Origin: Octopus sinensis | Taxonomy: Eukaryota | Assembly: GCF_006345805.1 (NCBI RefSeq) | Contig: NW_021828627.1 | Span: forward strand, 1 to 8,000 | Length of the DNA stretch: 8,000 nucleotides | Reading direction: 5' to 3' | Shown here: positions 1 through 7,352 of the stretch, in pieces | How positions within the stretch are numbered: position 1 is the stretch's first letter | Layout: each line of letters begins with the position of its first letter | Program-made: the position numbers and the translations under genes | Notes under the pieces: generated by a model | Seen by the model: the letters and a program-made list of their open reading frames with translations, nothing else | What the model was told of the DNA's origin: nothing | The model's database searches: none

Positions 1-626
1 CTGTAGCGTGTCAAACCATCATATCTGACCTGCTTCCCTTTTTCTTTTTCCCGATACTCAGTCATCACCAGGGCATCCAATATCCGTGATTAAACAAGGT
101 TTAATCCTTCTCCTTAATCACAACCACTTTATCCGGCCTTCGATGTTCAATTTCTTAATCACACTAGATCATTACATCTCACAATATACCTTCTCATTGT
201 CGATTATTCCTTCTGGGAGATTTGCCTATATCACGTCTTTGTTCTATCCAATCCATACTTGCCACACACCTCCCAATGAATCATTCCTGCGACATTTTGA
301 GGGTTAGCTTCGTGCACTCATTCACAATTTTTCCTCCAATCTTGTGTATATCACAAACTTTGTACTTCTCACTTTCTGCTGTATTGTCTGTCCTGCATTG
401 GGTCTAATCTGTCCTAAGTGCTTCTTCCTGCACAGCCTAGATAAGCGGTTTTGTATCTGGCTTCAAATCACTTTTCTTTAACCAGCGCCACTTTCCATCG
501 GCACCTGTTTTCTTGCTCATTCTGTCACAAACTGCTCGTACATCTTTCATCTTCTTTACTCTCATTTTGTTTGTCCTCCTTTGTCACTACGCGAGTATCT
601 GTCCTGACTGTACCAGATATTCTCAC
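1..626 (-). pseudogene. Disrupted C-terminal CCHC plus restriction-like endonuclease part of the Dong/R4 ORF
   Basis: Manual translation, where * is an in-frame stop: WRWLKKSDLKPDTKPLI*AVQEEALRT, KYKVC..H..IVNECTKL, NVAGMIHWEVCGKYGLDRTKT*Y, L*DVMI*CD*EIEHRRPDKVVV, CLITDIGCPGDD. It is colinear with the cleaner copy at 3353-4100. Confidence 0.8.
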
Positions 627-1446
627 CTCGAGGCAAGATTTGCATCTTGTGTCTCCTAACTTTTTTGTTTTGCCGGCTTCTATTCTACTCTGATCTTCTC
701 TTAAAGTCTTCACTTTATTTAGTAATCTCCTTTTCCACATTTGTTCTTTCTTAATCTTTCCTGTGAGATACCTAATCCTCTAGTAACTACTACCCGTCCT
801 GCATAGAATCAATAAGTTGGTGTCTCCTATATTTTTAATGTCTATCCCACTGACAACAGAATCCACTTTCTTTGTGATTTCTAGAAGCTTCCTTTTGTGG
901 GTGCCTCTTAATGCTGGCGATTTTTTTCTACTTTACTCATTACTTCCTGCAACTCATCTAGAATCTTCTGATCTCCCTCACTTTAGTCACTTAAACTGAT
1001 GGTGCCAGTTGTCCCTTCCGTATTGGTAGTGCTATTATTACTTTTCCTTTAGGTTCTACTTTGGTTTGAGCTGTATCTCTTATGTAGTTGTTTGTCTCTC
1101 CCACTGCCCGGTCTTTCTTTTCCAGTTCTCTTGTGATCTCTTCTACGTCCAATTTTGTCATCCACTTTCTCCTCCTGATAGCATTAGCCTCATCTGCGCT
1201 AATCCCTGTCCAGTCACTTGAAACATACCCTTCTCTACCCAAAGTGTTAACATCCGTTTTCTACAGCCCCTTCTTTTAGATTCACTTACTAAGTAGCACT
1301 GCATCACTATCCTTTTTTCTTCACTGGTCCACTTCGTCTTCTCTACTCTATTATCTGCTGATGCTGCATTAGGATAACAGCTGTGGTCAGTCTGCATCTT
1401 TACTGAGCCATTACAGAGCGAGAGGCCTTCCCTTTTAAGTCCCACT

Positions 1447-1450
<4 letters not shown>
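627..1450 (-). pseudogene. Disrupted N-terminal part of the Dong/R4 ORF
   Basis: ORF-track pieces 1158-1445, 991-1242 and 525-740 join through frameshifts into one family-like reading: KW..EE..VMQCY...RG.RKRM..LW..KGMF.V..Q.LA...NAIRRRKWMTKLDVEEI, then WKRRL. Confidence 0.75.

Positions 1451-1507
<57 letters not shown>
1449..1507. repeat. (ATT)n/(TAA)n microsatellite
   Basis: Perfect trinucleotide run between the 3' end of Dong copy 2 and the 5' end of copy 1. Confidence 0.98.
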
Positions 1508-1508
1508 C

Positions 1509-2349
1509 TTCAGTAGTTTTATTTTTAAGCGTGCTTTCACTTCACTACCGAGCGCAGCTCTGTGTGCCTTGGTATGTGCTGTGATTTGTTGTGATGCTCT
1601 GATGGTTATTGTATGAAAGTGTTCTGCGTAGGATGTGTGCAGTGCCTAGTAGTGCAATTTTCTGTATGTTATATGTGTTTGTAAGTCCTGGTGTTTTTGT
1701 TATGTATTTGTCTGATATTTTTTTTTATCATGCCTAATGCACCTACTATGATAGGAATTGTTTCTGTTTTCAGGTTCCACATTCTAGTTACCTCTATTTC
1801 CAGGTCTTTGTATTTTGAGAGTTTCTCCATTTCTTTTAGAGACACGTTATCATCTGCCGGTATTGATACATCAATTAGAAAGCATTTTTTTTCTTCATGA
1901 TCTCTGACAACTATATCTGGTCTGTTGGCCTTAATTTCTCTATCTGTGTGTATCGGCATATCCCAGAGTATGGTTGCTTTCTCGTTTTCTGTGACCTTTT
2001 CTGGTGTGTGCCTATACATCTTTTTTCTGTTGTTATTCCATAATGTTGTTGCATAGCTTCCAATGTATGTAGGTTCCAACTCTGTCATGTCTGTGAATAT
2101 ATTCCTTCTTCCAGACTGGGCAGCTAGAGATAATATGATTTATTGTTTCTTGTCCATCTCCACATATTCCTGCAGTTACTTGTAATATTTCTTTTCATTA
2201 CATGTTTTTGGTAATTTCTGGTGGGGAGGCTTTGGTCTTGTGCTGCAATTAAAAATCCCTCTGTTTCTGCTTTGAGTCCTGAGCTTCTCAACCATTGCTG
2301 GGATTTTTCTTTGTCTATTTCTTTTGCTTTTAGTTTAGTCCGTATTTAC
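1509..2349 (-). mobile_element. 5'-truncated R4/Dong copy 2 (C-terminal CCHC, RLE and ~95-nt 3' UTR)
   Basis: ORF 1669-2088 contains ANRPDIVVRDHEEKKCFLIDVSIPADDNVSLKEMEKLSKYKDL (PD..D..K nuclease motif). It is near-identical to 3256-4090, and the 3' UTR ends ...AAACTACTGAA against a TAA tract. Confidence 0.92.
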
Positions 2350-2466
2350 TATCTTATTATTTTATATTACTATTCTATTATTATTTTATTATTATTATTA
2401 TATTATTATTATTATTATTATATTATTATTATTATTATTATTATCATCATTATTATTATTATTATT
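2350..2466. repeat. Degenerate (ATT)n tract
   Basis: Interrupted ATT run with CAT, TAC and TATATT variants. Confidence 0.92.
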
Positions 2467-2896
2467 GAGTGAGAGAGCAGTGCATGCCATCAAAGTGACA
2501 CTGGGGTACAAATATACGAAGCCCAGTATACCCATCATGACTACCCGTCTGATAAGGGTACACTAGGCACATGCATCACAACCATATGTGCGCGACATGG
2601 TGATCTCATATCAAAATAAACAGCACATGACCTTGCAGGTGGGGCCCAGCTAGAATTTTTCTTCTTGTCGAGTAACCATAACCACTCAAAAGGTCCCTGA
2701 ATAAGGTGGGTTTAAGGATGTTGAACGAAACACCCATGTTTCCAGAGGTGAATTATTCAAACCCCAAAGAATCCCTCTCAACACATGGCTATGATGCTCC
2801 CCCACTACTTCTGCTCGTGATCAGAGATGCACATATCAGCCACTAAGAGACATGCTCAACTGGTTAAGTTCAAACAACTGACAAGCAAGTCTGTGG
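2467..2896. mobile_element. Unclassified ~430-bp non-coding insert in a TAA tract (possible 3' UTR of another RLE element, or a non-autonomous passenger)
   Basis: Complex, more GC-rich sequence with sharp boundaries against ATT runs on both sides. No ORF lies wholly inside it, and it has several short inverted repeats at 2498-2601. It resembles an octopus interspersed repeat by my recall only. Confidence 0.6.
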
Positions 2897-2937
<41 letters not shown>

Positions 2938-2958
2938 TTGTTGTTGTTGTTGTTGTTG

Positions 2959-2997
<39 letters not shown>

Positions 2998-3046
2998 CTA
3001 TTACTATTATTATTATTACTATGATTATTATATTATTATTATTATA

Positions 3047-3077
<31 letters not shown>

Positions 3078-3080
3078 TAC

Positions 3081-3117
<37 letters not shown>

Positions 3118-3120
3118 TTA

Positions 3121-3157
<37 letters not shown>

Positions 3158-3225
3158 GTATTACTATTACTATTATTATTATTACTATTATTATCATTAT
3201 TATATTATTATTATTATTATTATTA

Positions 3226-3255
<30 letters not shown>
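2897..3255. repeat. Compound (ATT)n tract with a (TTG)n block at ~2938-2960 and ACT/AGT/CAT variants
   Basis: Read directly from the sequence. Confidence 0.97.
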
Positions 3256-3259
<4 letters not shown>

Positions 3260-4605
3260 TAGTTTTATTTTTATAGCGTGCTTTCACTTCACTACCGAGC
3301 GCAGCTTGTGTGCCTTGGGTATGTGCTGTGATTTGTTGTGATGCTCTGATGGTTATTGTATGGAAAGTGTTCTGCGTAGGATGTGTGCAGTGCCTAGTAG
3401 TGCAATTTTCTGTATGTTATATGTGTTTGTAAGTCCTGGTGTTTTTGTTATGTATTTGTCTGAATATTTTTTTATCATGCCTAATGCACCTACTATGATA
3501 GGAATTGTTTCTGTTTTCAGGTTCCACATTCTAGTTACCTCTATTTCCAGGTCTTTGTATTTTGAGAGTTTCTCCATTTCTTTTAGAGACACGTTATCAT
3601 CTGCCGGTATTGATACATCAATTAGAAGCATTTTTTTTCTTCAGATCTCTGACAACTATATCTGGTCTGTTGGCCTTAATTTCTCTATCTGTGTGTATCG
3701 GCATACCCAGAGTATGGTTGCTTTCTCGTTTTTGTGACCTTTTCTGGTGTGTGCCTATACCATCTTTTTTCTGTTGTTATTCCATAATGTTGGCATAGCT
3801 TCCAATGTATGTAGGTTCCAACTCTGTCATGTCTGTGAATATTCCTTCTTAGCCAGGACTGGGCAGCTAGAGATAATATGATTTATTGTTTCTTGTCCAT
3901 CTCCACATATTCTGCAGTTACTTGTAATATTTCTTTTCATTGCATGTTTTTGTAATTTCTGGTGGGGAGGCTTTGGTCTTGTGCTGCAATTAAAAATCCC
4001 TCTGTTTCTGCTTTGAGTCCTGAGCTTCTCAACCATTGCTAGGATTTTTCTTTGTCTATTTCTTTTGCGTTTAGTTTAGTCCAGTATTTACCATGAGGGG
4101 TTTTTCTTGCCATCGTTTTATCATGGCTCGTTGCTGTTCTATTTTTAGTTTGGATTTCATTTGTTTTATAGCTTTTGTTGTTTCTTCATCATCTTCTTCT
4201 TCTTCTTTGTGTTTATTAGGTGGTATGATTTCTTGTTTGTATTGTCAGCTTCCTTAAATACTGAGAACAGTTTTTTGTTTTGCTCGTGTTTTGCTGCTAT
4301 CGGGATCAGTTTTTCCTTCCTTCTGAAGTAGGTATTTTTGCAGTCCTATGGTGGTTATTTTATAGTAGTTTTCCAGCTGTATAAGGCCTCTACCACCTTC
4401 GTTGTATATATAGTCTTTCTATGTCAGATTTTGGGTGATGCATCCTAGATCCTGTCAGTATTTTTCTTGTTTTCCTATCTATTTTGGACAGTTCATTTCG
4501 TGTCCAGTTAAGGATATTGTAGCTGTAACTTATAACTGGGACAGCTAAAGTGTTGATACCTATTATCTTGTTTTTAGCATTGAGCTCTGTTTTTAGTATT
4601 GATCT
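3256..4605 (-). mobile_element. 5'-truncated R4/Dong copy 3 (end of RT/thumb region, CCHC, RLE, 3' UTR)
   Basis: Minus-strand reading across frameshifts: RSILKTELNAKNKIIGINTLAVPVISYS, MHHPKSDIERLYI..EGGRGL, WQEKPLHGKYW, WLRSSGLKAETEGFLIAAQDQ, NCRICGDGQETINHIISSC, RPDIV, IDVSIPAD, KYKDL, LLGTAHILRRTLSIQ*. Stop codon at 3353-3355, with TAA tracts on both sides. Confidence 0.93.
3353..4605 (-). pseudogene. Frameshifted C-terminal portion of the Dong/R4 RT-RLE polyprotein
   Basis: CX2CX7HX4C knuckle in ORF 3827-4036 and the nuclease tail in ORF 3353-3631. There is one TAG near 4020-4045 and several 1-bp frameshifts. Confidence 0.85.
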
Positions 4606-4631
4606 ATTATTATTATTATTATTATTATTAA

Positions 4632-4672
<41 letters not shown>
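4606..4672. repeat. (ATT)n microsatellite at the right end of the chain
   Basis: Near-perfect ATT run. Confidence 0.97.
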
Positions 4673-4993
4673 GCTGATTACTTCAATGGCATCTTGGTGA
4701 GATTTGCAAAATAATCTAAAAGGCTCTCGAACTGTTTCAAAAGAATTACAACTTCATTTATGTTAATAACAAGACTACAAAACAGCAGACTAACTACATC
4801 TTTTGACTTTTATGCAAATATTAATATAACCTTGGGCTGCGTTCAACTTTATTGTAATTGCGTTTCAAATCTCATTGAGAAGTTAATAAATTGAACAAAT
4901 CCATAAAACTACATCAAATATCAAGCCTGAAACAGAAATTGCAAATACAAAATCTTATTTAGTTTTGCCGTATTTCAAAAATTATATATAAAT

Positions 4994-5020
4994 ACACCAC
5001 ACACACACACCACACACACA

Positions 5021-5063
<43 letters not shown>
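4994..5063. repeat. (CA)n followed by a short (TA)n
   Basis: Read directly from the sequence. Confidence 0.97.
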
Positions 5064-5178
5064 ATTAAATTTGGTTAAGCCCTTTGGAAGAAAACCTATA
5101 ATTTTACAAAAATGCGAAATAGATAATTGAACTTATCAACTATATTAGCAAATCTAGTGATATTTGAAATATGATGCG

Positions 5179-5181
<3 letters not shown>

Positions 5182-5230
<49 letters not shown>
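5182..5230. repeat. (GT)n microsatellite
   Basis: Perfect GT run. Confidence 0.98.
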
Positions 5231-5232
<2 letters not shown>

Positions 5233-5236
5233 CATA

Positions 5237-5327
5237 GGTGCAGGCGTGGCTGTGTGGTAAGAAGTTTGTTTTCCAACAAATTGGTTCTGAGTTCAATCCC
5301 ACCCTGGACAACTATCTTCTATTATAG
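5237..5327 (+). mobile_element. Truncated tRNA-derived SINE head
   Basis: A-box-like TGGCTGTGTGGT (5247-5258) and B-box-like AGTTCAATCCC (5290-5300). It is clearly similar to 5501-5590 in this window. Confidence 0.75.
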
Positions 5328-5335
5328 TTTCTTAC

Positions 5336-5420
5336 CACGCACACGCACGCACACACACGCATGCACACACACACGCACACACACACACGAACTCATACAC
5401 ACACACACTCTTATACGCAC
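5336..5420. repeat. Degenerate (CA)/(CG)-rich microsatellite
   Basis: Interrupted CA run. Confidence 0.9.
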
Positions 5421-5494
5421 CCAAGACCCAAGTCTGTGTGTGAGAGTATATGTGTGAATAGGAACGAGCGCATGTGAATATACGTTTGCGAATG

Positions 5495-5650
5495 AGAGCG
5501 TGTCTGTGTGGTAAGTAGTTTGCTTACCAACCACATGGTTCCGGGTTCAGTCCCACTGCGTGGCATCTTGGGAAGGCGTCTTCTACTATAACCTCGATTC
5601 GAACAAAGCGTAGTGAGTGTATTTAGAAGACGAAAACTGAACGAAGCCCG

Positions 5651-5688
<38 letters not shown>

Positions 5689-5865
5689 CCGCCACAATCG
5701 CTTGACAACTGACGCTGGTGTGTTTACATTCCCATAACTTAGCGGTTTGGCAAAAGAGATCGGTAGAAGGAGTACTAGGCTTACAAAGAATAAGTCCTGG
5801 GGACGATAATAAAAGAATAACAGGATAACTAATAAAAGAATAACAGAATAACTAAAAGAAAATAT
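5495..5865 (+). mobile_element. tRNA-derived SINE, octopus type, with internal (GT)n at 5653-5684 and an AAAAGAATAA-type tail
   Basis: A box at 5501-5512, B box GGTTCAGTCCC at 5544-5554, CORE-like CATCTTGGGAAGGCGTCTT, then an internal GT run, a 3' body and an A-rich repeated tail. The family assignment is from recall. Confidence 0.82.
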
Positions 5866-5967
5866 ATACCAAGAATAGGAATTTGAGCGGAGAGTTATTG
5901 ATTTCGATTCTATTGTACATCGATTAGGTACAAAGACTTCCAATACTTATGAGTAGTACTTATGCCC

Positions 5968-6275
5968 ACTGCTGGTCACTTCATGATTGAGTAGTGGACA
6001 GTAATGCTGTATAGTTACCAGATGAGGTGTTATTAGTTGTGTATTTGTTTCAATTCTTGTACACCCATCATGTGACGTATAAATGGCTGAATACTGCTTA
6101 TAATCTGACTACATAAAGCAAATTACGTTTAAATGGATTATATTCACTGTACACTCGCTAGATAAAGTATAAATGGCTGGATGATGCTTAAAGTCGCTGT
6201 ATAGTCACTAGATGATGAATATATGGTAGGGTAAGTTATATACTCACTGTACTATTATAAAATGACGTATGTGAC
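5968..6275. repeat. Decayed ~50-bp minisatellite, block 1
   Basis: GTATAAATGG-like anchors at 6027, 6077, 6127, 6167, 6217 and 6267. CTGTA-like anchors at 6007, 6057, 6147, 6197 and 6247. Confidence 0.7.
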
Positions 6276-6420
6276 TTTCCTCTGTCTCCTGTTTCCGAAG
6301 AAGAGCTTTTCCTCGAAAGGTAAAGCCACCTTTCTTTTCTTCCTTGAGCGTCTGCTAATTCTTTACACGTACCACATCCATACGTTGTTGTCTTTTTCTG
6401 TTTGTTCTTCGTTATTTTTT
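6276..6420 (+). mobile_element. Possible Penelope-like element terminal fragment
   Basis: Pyrimidine-rich segment carrying a hammerhead-like core and interrupting the minisatellite. No coding evidence. Confidence 0.4.
6291..6326 (+). ncRNA. Degenerate minimal type I hammerhead ribozyme-like motif, probably inactive
   Basis: GUUU-CCGAAGA-A-GAG(CUUUUC)CUC-GAAA-G-GUA-AAGC: stem I GUUU/AAGC, 3-bp stem II, intact GAAA and a GUA triplet. It deviates from the core at U4 (here C) and 15.2 (here G). Confidence 0.5.
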
Positions 6421-6432
6421 TTTTTAAATTAC

Positions 6433-6454
6433 TATATATATATATATATATAAT

Positions 6455-6486
<32 letters not shown>

Positions 6487-6521
6487 CTATATATATAGAT
6501 ATATATATATATATATATATA
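6433..6521. repeat. (TA)n microsatellite
   Basis: Read directly from the sequence. Confidence 0.97.
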
Positions 6522-6522
6522 C

Positions 6523-6635
6523 AAATGACCTACAGATGGTTGAACAATAGTACAGTCACCAGAAGATACACATGTGACGTGTTATTTGTTATAATCACTA
6601 AACACTCTCTAGATTAAGTATACATGATTGCGTTA
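6523..6635. repeat. Decayed ~50-bp minisatellite, block 2
   Basis: 6589-6630 matches 6138-6179 at 34/42 positions without gaps. Anchors at 6530, 6579 and 6618. Confidence 0.7.
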
Positions 6636-6646
6636 TATCATCTGGT

Positions 6647-6810
6647 GAAGGTGCGTAACTTAGTGGTTAGGGTATTCAGCTCACGATATTAAGGTTGTGT
6701 GTTCGATCTCTGGCGGCGCTTTGTACCCTTGAGCAAGGCACTCTATTCACGTTGTTCCGGTCCACCCAGCTAGCAAAAGTGTGTGGTACCTGTAATTCAG
6801 AAGGTCCACT
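6647..6810 (+). mobile_element. Second family of tRNA-derived SINE, 3'-truncated
   Basis: A-box-like TAACTTAGTGGT (6656-6667), B-box-like GTTCGATCTC (6701-6710), and CORE-like CCCTTGAGCAAGGCACT followed by CCACCCAGCT. Confidence 0.78.
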
Positions 6811-7087
6811 GATTTTATAATTATTCAATGCGGGCGTTCATTTTATTTTTCTTTGACACAACTTCATAAATACAATTAGATTCGTCATCAAAATGTCGGA
6901 ATACTTGCATTTTATTAGAAATAAGAAAAAATCATCTGACACTCTTTTGCAGGGTGAAGGGAGAAGAGGAAATCCAAACTCAATAATAACAATGTCTTAA
7001 AAGATTAAAAGAATATTGGGTTTATACGAGGTAATTCTATCTTACGAATATTTTCATGAAAGATTTAATCTTTATGTCATTTACTGA

Positions 7088-7140
7088 ATATATATATATT
7101 GTATATATGTATATATATATATATTATATATATATATATA

Positions 7141-7223
<83 letters not shown>

Positions 7224-7288
7224 ATATATATATAGATGTATATGTATATGTATATGTATATATGTATGTATGTATGCATGTATGTATG

Positions 7289-7322
<34 letters not shown>

Positions 7323-7352
7323 TGTATGTTGTATGTATGTATGTATGTATGT
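7088..7352. repeat. Compound (TA)n to (TATATG)n to (TATG)n microsatellite
   Basis: Read directly from the sequence. Confidence 0.97.

Larger units (their letters stand above)
1..1450 (-). mobile_element. Old, internally deleted R4/Dong-clade non-LTR retrotransposon; 3' end runs off the left edge
   Basis: Manual minus-strand translation across frameshifts gives an R4/Dong-like N-terminus (KWTSEEKRIVMQCYLVSESKRRGCRKRMLTLWVEKGMF, PALRGTHKRKLLEITKKVD, MWKRRLLNKVKTLRED). The C-terminal motifs follow directly (KMYEQFV, WRWLKKSDLKPDT, decayed CCHC knuckle, IHWEVCGKYGL, EIEHRRPDKVVV, CLITDIGCPGD, RYDGL). Many stops and frameshifts. Confidence 0.85.

Noticed and set aside
1380-1450. HDV-like ribozyme at the 5' end of copy 1 (CCUCUCGC resembles an L3 loop)
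   Set aside because: I could not build P1, P2, P3 and P1.1 pairings around it.
2467-2896. Hammerhead ribozyme within the 430-bp insert
   Set aside because: I found no CUGANGA followed by a stem II and GAAA on either strand.
2221-3024. ORFs 2221-2472 and 2827-3024 with poly-I/L/Y tails
   Set aside because: They are translations of ATT/TTG microsatellites or of the antisense strand of a Dong copy, not genes.
86-3798. Plus-strand ORFs (86-307, 222-407, 451-693, 817-999, 1088-1279, 1691-1900, 3360-3737, 3562-3798)
   Set aside because: They are antisense shadows of the minus-strand retrotransposon ORFs, with no independent motifs.
1449-4672. Target-site duplications for the Dong copies
   Set aside because: Any TSD would be made of TAA units and cannot be distinguished from the surrounding microsatellite.
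5096-5943. ORFs rich in HT or VC dipeptides
   Set aside because: They result from CA/GT repeats and SINE sequence.
5968-6635. CRISPR-like array
   Set aside because: The similarity spans whole units with no conserved repeat and unique spacer pattern, there are no cas genes, and the context is eukaryotic.
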